A stretch of DNA of 64,000 nt, taken from contig CAYVXV010000002.1 of the NCBI GenBank assembly GCA_964455555.1, positions 3,136 through 67,135 on the forward strand, read 5' to 3'. The stretch comes from an uncultured Pseudomonadales bacterium. Its GTDB lineage: Bacteria > Patescibacteriota > Microgenomatia > UBA1400 > PJMF01. Positions 1 through 9,688 of this stretch are shown one piece after another. Position 1 is the stretch's first letter. Each line of letters begins with the position of its first letter. Position numbers and translations under genes: made by a program. The notes below the pieces were generated by a model. It saw only the letters and a program-made list of their open reading frames with translations. It did no database searches and was not told where the DNA came from.

Positions 1-5
1 GTGTT

Positions 6-1235
6 GTGATAGGCAAATGGAAAATTTTTGCATTACTATTTTTGCTAACAACGAGCCTTGTTGGAGTGTTCGCTTGGTTTGATAGCAGCAGGAATCAACA
101 TGTTGCTCTGATTCAAACAGGCTATTGGGAGAATGTGCAAGTTTATCTTGAACTTCAAGAGGGAGAAAAGATCACTCCTATAGAAGAATACGTTAAAAAC
201 GGATGGTTCAACCAAGGCCTTTCTTTTTGGAATGTATCTGGTCCGGTAGTTATTATTAAAGATGAATCATTATGCTGCGGCGAAATTGACATAATTCAAC
301 TCGGTGGTGAGGCAGCAGGAGAAGAACTGGCTGTTATATCTCAACAGATTGACATGGGCGGTACTCCGGCAACACTCTCATTTTGGTATAAATTAAAAAC
401 AACAGAAACTTTGCCGGGGCTCGACAGCCCTGCTTTAAACGTAAAAGCAAATAATCAAATAGTCTTTTCTGCTCATGCTGCTGAAGCAACAGAACAGGTT
501 GGTGTGTATCATGAATCACACTGGCGGTTTGTAGAAGTTTCCTTGCCTCAAGATATCTCTTCACCGTTTGCACTGGAATTTTTACAGGGAAACACCGTTG
601 ATGGTTGGCACTCTACAACAGCACTAGTTGCCGGCATTTCCACTAATGCTCTGATATTGCAGCCTGAATCAAAATTAAAACTGATTACCAGGAGAGATGA
701 GGATGAGCTTTTTGCAAAAGTATTCACCGGTCCTGACTTTAGTCAAAAAAGAGATCTTAATGCAGTCGGCGAACTAATTTTGATGCCGGACGATTTTGAA
801 GGCTTAACAAAAATTGTATATTTCGCTGTCAGTAAATACGGAGCAAGTTCGGCTAGGCAGGCTATTTTTGTGAGGAAAGACTTTGAACCACCGGCTAAGC
901 CGGTTATCAGTGGCATTATCAAGGGAGCGGATCATAAAAAAGCCGTGGTGTTTCCGGTCCCCGCAGATTTAGGGGGAGGTTATACAGCAGATTATCAGGT
1001 TTATTATCAAAAAAGCGGAGAGGTAGAAGCTGCTCAAACCAATTTTTATTATTCTTACCCAAACCTGTTGGGACACCCAAATGATTTTTTTGGCATACAA
1101 CAAGTTCCGGGCAGCTTAGAGGTAATATTTATCGATGACCTGGATATATCAAGCTTGGCTATCAGGGCTGTTGACCAGGCAGGAAACATTAGTCAGTTTT
1201 CTGATTGGCTTATTCATATCGAGCCTAATGATTAG
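6..1235 (+). CDS. Secreted/membrane-anchored hypothetical protein (409 aa), GTG start, N-terminal signal-anchor
   Basis: Long ORF with hydrophobic N-terminus (KIFALLFLLTTSLVGVFAWF); no recognisable catalytic motifs. Confidence 0.5.
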   Translation: MIGKWKIFALLFLLTTSLVGVFAWFDSSRNQHVALIQTGYWENVQVYLELQEGEKITPIEEYVKNGWFNQGLSFWNVSGPVVIIKDESLCCGEIDIIQLGGEAAGEELAVISQQIDMGGTPATLSFWYKLKTTETLPGLDSPALNVKANNQIVFSAHAAEATEQVGVYHESHWRFVEVSLPQDISSPFALEFLQGNTVDGWHSTTALVAGISTNALILQPESKLKLITRRDEDELFAKVFTGPDFSQKRDLNAVGELILMPDDFEGLTKIVYFAVSKYGASSARQAIFVRKDFEPPAKPVISGIIKGADHKKAVVFPVPADLGGGYTADYQVYYQKSGEVEAAQTNFYYSYPNLLGHPNDFFGIQQVPGSLEVIFIDDLDISSLAIRAVDQAGNISQFSDWLIHIEPND

Positions 1236-1280
1236 AACGCTTGCTTGTCTTAAAAAATATCGTCATAATGAGTTCTGATT

Positions 1281-2327
1281 GTGCTCGATTACATTAGAAA
1301 CTCGATTGCCCATCTTTTTCATCCGCGCCGGTCCAATAACCATCGGTCTGTTTTTTTGCATCCTGAAACGTTGTTGGCACTTGCTTTTGCCGCCCTGATA
1401 TTTGCGGGAGGTCTTAATCTCTATGAGCGCACCCGGTATGGAATGGGAAGTATTTTGGGATACGCCTCAGATATTTCTGTTGGCGATGTCATTTCGCTAA
1501 CAAACCAAGAGAGGGCGAAGTCGGGTTTAGCACCGTTGCAGGCTAACACGAGGCTGTCAGCGGCAGCACTTGCCAAAGGACAGGATATGTTCAACAACCA
1601 GTACTGGGCACATACTTCCCCCCAGGGAAGAGAGCCCTGGGACTTTATGAGAGACGCAGGATATGTCTATAGGGTTGCAGGCGAAAATTTAGCCAGGGAT
1701 TTTTCTACTACCCCCGCCATGGTCTCTGCGTGGATGGCCTCACCAACTCATAGGGCAAATATTATGAACAGCCGTTATAACGAAATTGGCATTGCGGTGA
1801 TTAATGGCACCCTGGAGGGCGTGGAAACAACATTGGTAGTTCAAATGTTTGGCTCACCTAATGCTGCTACAGCTGCTGTAACTAATGAGTCAGCAGCAAG
1901 CACAGTGCCGGCTGCACCTAAGCCGACTCCGGCGGTCGCAGCTCAAGCCACACCAACTCCGCTGTCGGATAAAACCACAAATGAAGAGCAAAATGAGGAG
2001 TTGGTGGATATTGATTCACTTAATGACGCTGATGAGGCAGTAATTAAGCCAGGATCTGAGATAGAAGTGAATCGGGGGAGTGTCCTTGCCAGAATCTTGG
2101 TTCCTATCGGCGAGATCAACCCGACCATAATATTTTCTCCGCTGCAACTGACTAAAGCGTTTTCACTAGCAATTATACTCATGCTGCTTACGGTGTTAAT
2201 CTACGACCTTTATGTTACACATCACAAAAATACGGTCAGGCTTGTTGGAAAAAATCTCGGACACATACTCTTATTTTTAACTGTAGCTTTCTTAATCTTA
2301 TTTTTCAGAGGAGGAATGGTAATTTAG
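1281..2327 (+). CDS. CAP/SCP (YkwD-like) domain protein with N- and C-terminal TM segments and Ala/Pro/Thr-rich linker
   Basis: CAP signature blocks GENLARDF..., WMASPTHRANIM, YNEIGIAV; hydrophobic segments at both ends. Confidence 0.75.
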   Translation: MLDYIRNSIAHLFHPRRSNNHRSVFLHPETLLALAFAALIFAGGLNLYERTRYGMGSILGYASDISVGDVISLTNQERAKSGLAPLQANTRLSAAALAKGQDMFNNQYWAHTSPQGREPWDFMRDAGYVYRVAGENLARDFSTTPAMVSAWMASPTHRANIMNSRYNEIGIAVINGTLEGVETTLVVQMFGSPNAATAAVTNESAASTVPAAPKPTPAVAAQATPTPLSDKTTNEEQNEELVDIDSLNDADEAVIKPGSEIEVNRGSVLARILVPIGEINPTIIFSPLQLTKAFSLAIILMLLTVLIYDLYVTHHKNTVRLVGKNLGHILLFLTVAFLILFFRGGMVI

Positions 2328-2328
2328 C

Positions 2329-2586
2329 ATGAGAAAAGAATTTCTTACACATGCCTTAGCTTACTCAGTATTACTTGGTGGTTTGGTACTGATTATTTTT
2401 GGGTTCATGACTGTTTGGCCAAACCGCATTGCTCAGCGATATCTAATAATGATATTGGCTGCTTTTTATTTCATGTGGGGGGTGATAGCACATGTTAAAA
2501 CTGATCATCTTAGCGGCAGAGTTTTGGCTGAATACCTGATTGTTTCTGTTTTGGCTGCCCTCCTTTTGAGCATCGTGACCTTTTAA
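2329..2586 (+). CDS. Small integral membrane protein (85 aa)
   Basis: Start overlaps upstream stop by 1 nt; three hydrophobic helices. Confidence 0.4.
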   Translation: MRKEFLTHALAYSVLLGGLVLIIFGFMTVWPNRIAQRYLIMILAAFYFMWGVIAHVKTDHLSGRVLAEYLIVSVLAALLLSIVTF

Positions 2587-2637
2587 AAGTGCCATGTTAG
2601 ACTATCTGGGTATCAAGGTATATACAGAGGAGAAGAT

Positions 2638-3396
2638 ATGAAGGGAATAATACTTGCAGGCGGAGCCGGCTCAAGACTGCACCCTTTAACCAAAGTCACC
2701 AGTAAACAGCTGTTGCCAATTTACAACAAGCCAATGATTTATTTTCCTCTTCAGACACTGCTCAAAGCTGGTATTAAAGAGATTCTTATTATTGTAGCCC
2801 CTGATCACGCGGGCGACTTTCTCAAGTTGTTGGGAAGCGGTAACGAATTCAATTGTAAATTCACCTATGAAGTTCAAGACAAGCCTGAGGGAATTGCTCA
2901 AGCATTTTTAATTGGAGAAAATTTTATTGACGACGACGACGTGACCCTAATTCTTGGCGATAATATCTTTGAGGATGATTTTGTTGATGATATAAAGAAT
3001 TTTAAAACAGGTGGCAGAGTTTTTGCCAAAGAGGTTTCTGATCCGGAGCGCTTTGGTGTGGTTGAGTTTGACGAACAAAAGCGTGCTATTTCCATTGAGG
3101 AGAAACCCGGACAGCCAAAGTCCAATTATGCTGTAACTGGCATGTATATTTACGATAATACTGTAGTTGAAAAAGCTAAATCTCTGCAACCATCTGCCAG
3201 AGGTGAGTATGAGATATCAGACCTTAATAACCTCTATTTGAAAGAAGGTACTTTGGATGTGGCTTTTGTAGCAGGGCGCTGGCTTGATACAGGCACCTTT
3301 GAATCACTGTATGAGGCAATTGAGATGATGAGGGCTAAAGAATTAGCGCTGAAGGATCAAGTAGAAGATCCATTGGAGCAGCAAACGCTATTGTGA
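2638..3396 (+). CDS. rmlA: Glucose-1-phosphate thymidylyltransferase, short form (sugar-1-P nucleotidyltransferase)
   Basis: [52 protein letters not shown] matches RmlA N-terminal consensus; RBS-like GAGGAG upstream. Confidence 0.8.
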   Translation: MKGIILAGGAGSRLHPLTKVTSKQLLPIYNKPMIYFPLQTLLKAGIKEILIIVAPDHAGDFLKLLGSGNEFNCKFTYEVQDKPEGIAQAFLIGENFIDDDDVTLILGDNIFEDDFVDDIKNFKTGGRVFAKEVSDPERFGVVEFDEQKRAISIEEKPGQPKSNYAVTGMYIYDNTVVEKAKSLQPSARGEYEISDLNNLYLKEGTLDVAFVAGRWLDTGTFESLYEAIEMMRAKELALKDQVEDPLEQQTLL

Positions 3397-3402
3397 GGCA
3401 CG

Positions 3403-4248
3403 ATGATGTTCATCAAAAAAACTAAAATTCTAGCAGTGCTGGGGCTTCTTGCCATTATTGTAGTAGCTCCAGGGGTAATGGCGCAGGAGACCGAAGCCCT
3501 AGCTGAACCAGAGCAGCCAACAGTTGATTCTACTGTAAATAATGACGGGCTAATTAAACTAAGGGCTGACTACAGGCTTCAAATTGAAAGCTATCGGCAG
3601 GCAGAGCGTGAATTTGCCATTGCCAAGGATCAATACAAACGCCTGCAAACACTTCGGCTTCTTGAGGAGGCAGTTAAATCAACTCAAAAAGTTATGTTTG
3701 AACGCACAAGGGTTTTAATAACCTATCTAGAAATAGTTCATTTTACCCTCCAAAATACTCAGGGAATTAATCTGGACCACAAGGCTGCAGCCATCAAAGA
3801 GCTTGAAGACCAAATAAACACCCTCAGATCTCATTTGGAACTAATTGAGCAGTCAGTTAGCCGGGAAGATGTTGCCGCTAGAGCCGTTGAATTTGAGGAA
3901 CTGAACGTGAGAATAGAATCAACAGCTTACAGAGGCATGTCGCTGATAGCCATCGGTGACCTGCAGACCATAAATGACAAAGCCAGGCTTATTTTTGCTG
4001 ATTTAAAAGGCTCACAATCAGAAGATGAAGTAAGTGAGCTGACAAAAGCATCACGCCAGCGTGCTTATGTTGAAACAGAGAGGATTTTAGACAACAACTC
4101 AGTCTTGCTCAGAGAAATAAACGAGGCCTATGGCAGGCAAAGCAATCCGCGCAAGTCCTACTATGATGGTTTGGTAAACAAGCTGGAACCGGTTTACACT
4201 GGCCTTTCTCAGGGTGTTTCATATTTATACGAACTACTAAAGCTTTGA
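3403..4248 (+). CDS. Secreted coiled-coil protein (signal peptide ...VMAQ)
   Basis: N-terminal signal peptide, heptad-rich Q/E/L/R sequence; no enzyme motifs. Confidence 0.5.
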   Translation: MMFIKKTKILAVLGLLAIIVVAPGVMAQETEALAEPEQPTVDSTVNNDGLIKLRADYRLQIESYRQAEREFAIAKDQYKRLQTLRLLEEAVKSTQKVMFERTRVLITYLEIVHFTLQNTQGINLDHKAAAIKELEDQINTLRSHLELIEQSVSREDVAARAVEFEELNVRIESTAYRGMSLIAIGDLQTINDKARLIFADLKGSQSEDEVSELTKASRQRAYVETERILDNNSVLLREINEAYGRQSNPRKSYYDGLVNKLEPVYTGLSQGVSYLYELLKL

Positions 4249-4622
4249 CTATGTCCGAAGAACTATTTGATACCAACCAAACAGAATTTTCTTCTCAACA
4301 ACCCATCTTGGATCGAGATTATGAACCAGTGTTTGACGAAAAGCCAAAAGAGAGCCGTCCTTGGTACAAGCAAACACTTATCATTGCTGTAATTGCAGGA
4401 GGATTTTTGATTCTGATTTTATTAGTTTTGTTAATGATGCCAGTTAAGCAAGATAAAACTACCGAGCAACCGGATGAGCAGCTGCCAATCGGAGAAGTGG
4501 ATCAAAGCGACCCAATGGTTCAGCGACTTAACCGTCTCAGAACTGACCTCAATAATGCCGACCCCACTAAAAGCGACTTAGTTTTTCCTTTAGTAGACAT
4601 GAAATTAAAGCTGGATGATTAG
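4245..4622 (+). CDS. Single-pass membrane protein, acidic/Pro-rich tail
   Basis: ATGA overlap with upstream gene; one TM helix (LIIAVIAGGFLILILLVLLMM). Confidence 0.45.
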   Translation: MTMSEELFDTNQTEFSSQQPILDRDYEPVFDEKPKESRPWYKQTLIIAVIAGGFLILILLVLLMMPVKQDKTTEQPDEQLPIGEVDQSDPMVQRLNRLRTDLNNADPTKSDLVFPLVDMKLKLDD

Positions 4623-5097
4623 CACCACAGTGTTATTGAAATATCTGCTTCTTGCTCTACTTTTCTCAGGCTCTCTGATAATATTTTTTTTGGCAAAAGC
4701 GAAAGCCAGGGATGGAGAATTTTATACCGATGTTCCCCGGCCACTGTTGACGCTGGGGATTTTTATTTGGGGTGATGCCCTTGTAATCGCACCATTTTGG
4801 TTGTTGAGCTCAGTTTTTCTCTTTGTTTTTCAGGCAGACGTTCTCAACATCTTAAGGTACACCCTGTTATTCTGGATGATTAGGTCTTTTTATGAGGTTG
4901 TTTATTGGATTAATCATCAGGTAGCCAAGAAAGAATACAAGCCGCCATTATTTCGCCAGATTTCTTGGTTAGGTTCAGATGAACAGGGAATTTTATATCA
5001 ACTAATGAACACTTGTCAGTTGATATTGTTTGCAGCCATATTAGCTGCAACTTGGATTTCGCCTTTTAAGGACTACTTCCTGCTTTTGCAGTTTTAA
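4615..5097 (+). CDS. Polytopic membrane protein (160 aa)
   Basis: 8-nt overlap with upstream ORF; four hydrophobic helices. Confidence 0.45.
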   Translation: MISTTVLLKYLLLALLFSGSLIIFFLAKAKARDGEFYTDVPRPLLTLGIFIWGDALVIAPFWLLSSVFLFVFQADVLNILRYTLLFWMIRSFYEVVYWINHQVAKKEYKPPLFRQISWLGSDEQGILYQLMNTCQLILFAAILAATWISPFKDYFLLLQF

Positions 5098-5908
5098 TTA
5101 TTAAGCTGACTGCAAATAATAAACCGCTTAATACTGCTATAGTGGCGCCTGACGGCGTATCCAGCAAAGCTGAGGCAATTATTCCGGAAATTGTTACCAA
5201 TGCAGCAGCTGCAGGAGTAGCTAAAACCAAGGTTTTTAAGGATCTGGCGTGCATGCTTACAGCACTGGCAGGTATCACTAATAACGCATTCATCAGAATT
5301 ACTCCCACCAACTTAACACCAGCAAGGATGGTAAGAGCCAGCATTACATGGTAGAGAGCTTCATACCGGCGGGTTTTTACTCCAGTTATTTTGGCGTAGA
5401 GCGGATCGATAGTGACGGCTAAAATTTTATCTTTAACAAAGTAAAGTATGAGCGCAGCCAAAATAACGAATCCCAGCAGCAGATTAACATTCTCCCAGGT
5501 TACCGAAAGTATATTTCCGAATAGAAAGGTCATTAGTTCGGGTTGATATCCTGGCAGAAATGAAAATAGCAGCACACTCAGTCCCATGGAAAAAGGTAGT
5601 AAAATGCCAAGTAGGCTATCTAGAGAGAGTTTTGAAGACTTCTGCAGATAAGGAATTAGCAGGGCTAATGATACGGCATAGAAACCTGCCACATATAGTG
5701 GTGTTACACCAAAGAATAAGCCTACGGCCACACCCGCTAGTGAGCTGTGGGCAATAGCATCACCAAAAAATGCGCCTTTTCGTAATAATGCGAAGACTCC
5801 CATCAACCCTCCTAGGATAGCAATCAAGAGGCCTGCAATTAGAGCACGCTGCATAAACGGATAGCTAAGCAGGTTTATTAAATCAAGCATGTTTGTGGTG
5901 ATGGCCAT
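5066..5908 (-). CDS. znuB: Metal (Zn/Mn) ABC transporter permease, ABC-3 family
   Basis: Multi-TM ZnuB/MntB-like sequence; operon with ATPase and SBP. Confidence 0.8.
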   Translation of the reverse strand: MAITTNMLDLINLLSYPFMQRALIAGLLIAILGGLMGVFALLRKGAFFGDAIAHSSLAGVAVGLFFGVTPLYVAGFYAVSLALLIPYLQKSSKLSLDSLLGILLPFSMGLSVLLFSFLPGYQPELMTFLFGNILSVTWENVNLLLGFVILAALILYFVKDKILAVTIDPLYAKITGVKTRRYEALYHVMLALTILAGVKLVGVILMNALLVIPASAVSMHARSLKTLVLATPAAAALVTISGIIASALLDTPSGATIAVLSGLLFAVSLIIKTAKAGSSP

Positions 5909-6623
5909 AAGGTCTCAGCTCCTCATCATATAGTTCCTGCAGGGCTTTATTGGTAAGCGCTTGTTCGGGTGAACCGGCACAGACTAGCCGGCGGTTCAGG
6001 CAGATTACTTGATCTGCATAGGACCTAACTAAGGACATTTCATGAGAGGCGATTAAAGCGGTAATATTGTTTTGTGCGACTAACTTTTTTAACAGTTTAT
6101 AGAAGGTTTTTTCTCCACCCGGGTCAACCCCTGCCTCAGGTTCATCAAGTAAAAGGAGGTTTGGAGAGTGAACAAGTGCTCTGGCTAGAAGTACCCGTTG
6201 TAGCTGGCCGCCGGAGAGTTCCCGAACCAACTTTCCTTCCAACGCTTCAGCCTGAACCTGGCTCAGCACCTCTGCAACCATTTCTCGCTGTTCTTTTCTC
6301 GAGTGGCTGCATTCTACTAAAGCAAGCAATAAAAATTCATGAACTGTGATGGGAACGTTTGTATCAACAGGAAATCTCTGAGGGAGATATCCGAATTGAT
6401 AAGAGGTGCCTTTGCCTTTTGCAGCTTTTTTCTTAATCTTAATAGTTCCGGAATGGGGAATAAGCCCAAGAATGGCTCTGAACAAAGTGGTTTTGCCGGA
6501 TCCATTTGGCCCGATTACTATAGATATAGAGTTCTCCGGCACCTCAAACGAAACCGCTTCCAGCGCTGGTGTTGGCTGATTTTCATATCTGACAGTAAGG
6601 TTTGCGACTTGTAGGGCAGGCAT
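5883..6623 (-). CDS. znuC: Metal ABC transporter ATP-binding protein with His-rich C-tail
   Basis: Walker A GPNGSGKTT, signature LSGGQLQR, Walker B LLLLDEP; C-terminal HHHKHA. Confidence 0.85.
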   Translation of the reverse strand: MPALQVANLTVRYENQPTPALEAVSFEVPENSISIVIGPNGSGKTTLFRAILGLIPHSGTIKIKKKAAKGKGTSYQFGYLPQRFPVDTNVPITVHEFLLLALVECSHSRKEQREMVAEVLSQVQAEALEGKLVRELSGGQLQRVLLARALVHSPNLLLLDEPEAGVDPGGEKTFYKLLKKLVAQNNITALIASHEMSLVRSYADQVICLNRRLVCAGSPEQALTNKALQELYDEELRPYGHHHKHA

Positions 6624-6626
6624 GTC

Positions 6627-7529
6627 TCAGTTTCCGAGATACTTAACTATTTCCGATATATTATAGATCATCAGCTCCTCAAATGAATTTCTTCCTTCAA
6701 CTCCACCAAGTGGATCCAATACTCCAATAGTAACACCTGTGTCTGCCTGAATAGACCTGAGCTGGCTGTCGGAGAACTGGGGTTCTGCGAAAACCGCTGC
6801 AATCTGCTCTCTGGTAATAATGGACTGAAACTCTGCTAAATATTGGGGGCTGGGCAGCTGTCCTGGAAACTCCTCGAAGGTAGCCACAACTTCTAAATTA
6901 TATTCTCTGGCAAAATAAGTCCATGCATTATGGAAGGTGGCTATCTTTCTAGTGGGCAATTCGTCTGTACGAGCCTTTAGTTCAAGATTTAAGTTAATCA
7001 TTCTCTCCTCAAAATCCTGAAATTGGGTTTCATAGTAATAGCTATTATCTGGGTCGAGCCCGCTCAGCTCTTCTTTTACCTGTAAGGCCATGGCGATAGC
7101 ATTTTCCGTGCTTAGCCAATAATGTGGATTAAACTCATCCTCAAAATCAAGATCTTCATCATGGTCGTCATCTTCATCGGGAGGCAAGAGAGTGACGTAC
7201 TGGGTGGTTTCTACCACTTTCGCATCATCTGCTAGTGTGGCAACCCAATTATCAATTGAACCTCCGATTGCAAAAACCACGATGCTTTCTGAAACTTTTC
7301 TTATGGTTGTAGGGTTAGCTTCAAAAACATGAGGGCTGGCGCCGGGAGGAAGGATTAGAACAGGCTCAATCCTTTCTCCTCCTATGATCCTGACAATATC
7401 AAATAGAGGAAAAATAGTTACGCTCACCACGGGCTTATCGCTTGTCTGCTTACTTGTTGAGGATAAAAGTGCAGCAACGCTGACTGCCAACAAAAGAAAT
7501 CCGGCGAGGGATAAGAGTTTTAATTTCAT
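6627..7529 (-). CDS. znuA: Metal ABC transporter substrate-binding protein (ZnuA/TroA cluster 9) with acidic His-rich loop
   Basis: Signal peptide; PPDEDDDHDEDLDFEDEFNPH loop typical of ZnuA; HNAWTYF motif. Confidence 0.8.
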   Translation of the reverse strand: MKLKLLSLAGFLLLAVSVAALLSSTSKQTSDKPVVSVTIFPLFDIVRIIGGERIEPVLILPPGASPHVFEANPTTIRKVSESIVVFAIGGSIDNWVATLADDAKVVETTQYVTLLPPDEDDDHDEDLDFEDEFNPHYWLSTENAIAMALQVKEELSGLDPDNSYYYETQFQDFEERMINLNLELKARTDELPTRKIATFHNAWTYFAREYNLEVVATFEEFPGQLPSPQYLAEFQSIITREQIAAVFAEPQFSDSQLRSIQADTGVTIGVLDPLGGVEGRNSFEELMIYNISEIVKYLGN

Positions 7530-7560
7530 TCGTCTGATTATAAATTAAGTGTTAAAGATA

Positions 7561-7575
7561 TGCAACTAAGTTGCA
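7561..7575. promoter_or_regulatory. Perfect 7-1-7 palindrome TGCAACTaAGTTGCA in the znuA-frr divergent region; candidate Fur-family (Zur-like) operator
   Basis: Exact inverted repeat 32-46 nt upstream of the znuA start on the minus strand; architecture matches 7-1-7 Fur/Zur/PerR boxes. Confidence 0.4.
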
Positions 7576-7679
7576 ATAACTGACATGTAGCAAGCACTAA
7601 TAATAAAAAATTAGGCAACAATATTTCCAAATGAGTTGGTGCGTAATGTCTGATACAATTGTAGCTGGGAGAAAACATT

Positions 7680-8234
7680 ATGTCATATGATTTTAGCAAT
7701 TTTGAAGCTAAAGCACGCAAATCTCTGGAACACGTCAGTCAAGATTTAAATACACTAAGAACCGGCAGGGCTACAACACAAATGCTCGACACTGTGCAGG
7801 TTGAAGCATATGGCACCTATATGAAGTTGATAGAAGTGGCCTCAGTTCAAGCTCCAGACCCTAGCTTGCTTGTAGTCAGCCCTTGGGACAAAGGTCTTCT
7901 TGCCTCAGTGGAGAAAGCAATAGCCAGCTCTGGATTGAATTTAAATCCAGTTGTTGATGGTGACATCATTAGAATCGCGGTACCGGCTCTTACCGAAGAA
8001 AAAAGGATGGAAATGGTCAAGCTGCTTCATCAAAAAATAGAGTCCGGCAGGGTGATGCTACGAAATATTCGCTCCGAATTTAAAAAAGAGATTGAAGATT
8101 TTGAAGGCACTGGCGGTGTAAGTGAAGACGATATTAAGCAGCATTTAGAGACTTTAGAGAAGAAGTTTAAGGAATTTGTCTCACAGCTTGAGCAGCTCTC
8201 TGAATCAAAAGAGAAAGAGTTACTAACAATTTGA
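7680..8234 (+). CDS. frr: Ribosome recycling factor
   Basis: Full-length match to Frr consensus (…VEAYGTYMKL…SPWDKGLL…RIAVPALTEE…). Confidence 0.9.
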   Translation: MSYDFSNFEAKARKSLEHVSQDLNTLRTGRATTQMLDTVQVEAYGTYMKLIEVASVQAPDPSLLVVSPWDKGLLASVEKAIASSGLNLNPVVDGDIIRIAVPALTEEKRMEMVKLLHQKIESGRVMLRNIRSEFKKEIEDFEGTGGVSEDDIKQHLETLEKKFKEFVSQLEQLSESKEKELLTI

Positions 8235-8244
8235 ACCCATCACT

Positions 8245-9387
8245 ATGTTAAGTGTTATTGTTTTTATTATCATCTTGTCATTTTTAGTCTTTATTCATGA
8301 GTTAGGCCATTTTATTGCAGCAAAATGGGCAGGTGTGGTGGTGCAGGAGTTTGGCCTTGGATATCCCCCAAAAGCTATAAAAATATTTACCTGGAGAGGA
8401 ACCGAATTTTCGCTTAATTGGATACCTTTTGGAGGCTTTGTGAGAATGGAGGGTGAAGAAGAGGATTTCGCAGTTCCGGGTGGAGAGGAAGATGTAAAGA
8501 GGGATAGAAGAAAAAAGGGCACATTTTATGGTGCTTCAGCTTTCCAAAAAATGGTAATTATTCTTTCGGGAGCGGCCACAAACTTTCTTTTCGGCATTAT
8601 AGCTTTTGCAATCACTTTTACATTGCTAGGAATCCCTCAAGCTACTGAAGAACCGCTGATTGGTGATGTCATGCCTGAAAGCCCTGCTGCCGACGCTGGT
8701 TTAGCAAGGAATTACAAGATTGACAGGATTGTTGTTGACCAGCAGGAATATAATGTGGACTCTACTGAAGAGGTTGTCGGGCTCATCGCAGATCACCGGG
8801 GTCAGCAGGTTGTTGTAGTAGCTGTTGGGCCTTGTGAAGCAGGCAATTGCCTTGATCAGGAAGAGCATTATCCTGTTTATTTAAGAACAGAAGAGGAAAC
8901 TCCGCAGGGGCAAGGTTCATTAGGCATTGTTTTTATGCCGGTGATCTTTGTTCAGTTCCCTTGGTGGGAAATGCCATTGAGAGGAATTTGGTACGGAGCT
9001 GAGCAGGCAATCTATTTAAGCCAGCTAATTTTAGTTTCTTTAGGGAACGTCTTAAAAGACTTTGTAGTTGAGAGGCAGGTGCCGAGCGACCTTGCAGGAC
9101 CTATCGGCATTGTCCACCAGGCACAATCATCTGGTTTAATGGCAGAAGGTTTTTTGGCAGTTTTGTCTTTTGCCGCTATGCTGTCTATTAATCTTGCAAT
9201 ATTTAATGTTTTGCCGATACCCCCATTAGACGGCGGCAGAGCCATTTTTATAGCCCTGGAAGAAATCTTTAGCGAAAAAACAGCTAAAACCTTGCAATAT
9301 TATCTTCAATACGGGGGGTTGATATTTTTGCTGCTTCTGATTATTTTAGTAACTGCCCAAGATATCTTTAGGATAATCAGCGGATAA
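8245..9387 (+). CDS. rseP: Site-2 protease, M50 zinc metalloprotease with PDZ domain
   Basis: HELGHF zinc motif in TM1, PDZ-like middle region, C-terminal LDGG motif. Confidence 0.8.
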   Translation: MLSVIVFIIILSFLVFIHELGHFIAAKWAGVVVQEFGLGYPPKAIKIFTWRGTEFSLNWIPFGGFVRMEGEEEDFAVPGGEEDVKRDRRKKGTFYGASAFQKMVIILSGAATNFLFGIIAFAITFTLLGIPQATEEPLIGDVMPESPAADAGLARNYKIDRIVVDQQEYNVDSTEEVVGLIADHRGQQVVVVAVGPCEAGNCLDQEEHYPVYLRTEEETPQGQGSLGIVFMPVIFVQFPWWEMPLRGIWYGAEQAIYLSQLILVSLGNVLKDFVVERQVPSDLAGPIGIVHQAQSSGLMAEGFLAVLSFAAMLSINLAIFNVLPIPPLDGGRAIFIALEEIFSEKTAKTLQYYLQYGGLIFLLLLIILVTAQDIFRIISG

Positions 9388-9390
9388 TTT

Positions 9391-9648
9391 ATGGCCATTA
9401 GACGGACTAGAAAACAAAAAATTCAGGCAATAAAACTTGCACAGGAAATTTTGCCGCTAACCTTGGAGAGCAGTGAGGGAGCCAAGTCTGAATCGAAAAA
9501 GAACAGCACTGACTCTCGTAAACATATAGAAGCAATAGCGTTTACCGGCAACCAGATAGGGATGATTTACAACGACTTGATTAAAACAGTCTTGATATCT
9601 CTGATAATGGTATTATTATTAATAGGCTTTTACATTTATTTGCGATAG
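9391..9648 (+). CDS. Small tail-anchored membrane protein
   Basis: 85 aa, C-terminal TM helix; no homology recognised. Confidence 0.35.
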   Translation: MAIRRTRKQKIQAIKLAQEILPLTLESSEGAKSESKKNSTDSRKHIEAIAFTGNQIGMIYNDLIKTVLISLIMVLLLIGFYIYLR

Positions 9649-9688
9649 GATAAACAGGCAAAACCGCCGTTAACAAGGAGTCTGCACC

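Noticed and set aside
2929-2941. (GAC)4 trinucleotide repeat
   Set aside because: It encodes an in-frame DDDD acidic stretch inside rmlA. It is not a repeat element, and I found no evidence of phase variation.
334-3189. Short antisense ORFs (334-573, 1943-2182, 2686-2901, 2898-3125, 2947-3189 and similar throughout the track)
   Set aside because: They are embedded in the opposite strand of well-supported longer genes and have low-complexity translations. I treated them as frame artefacts.
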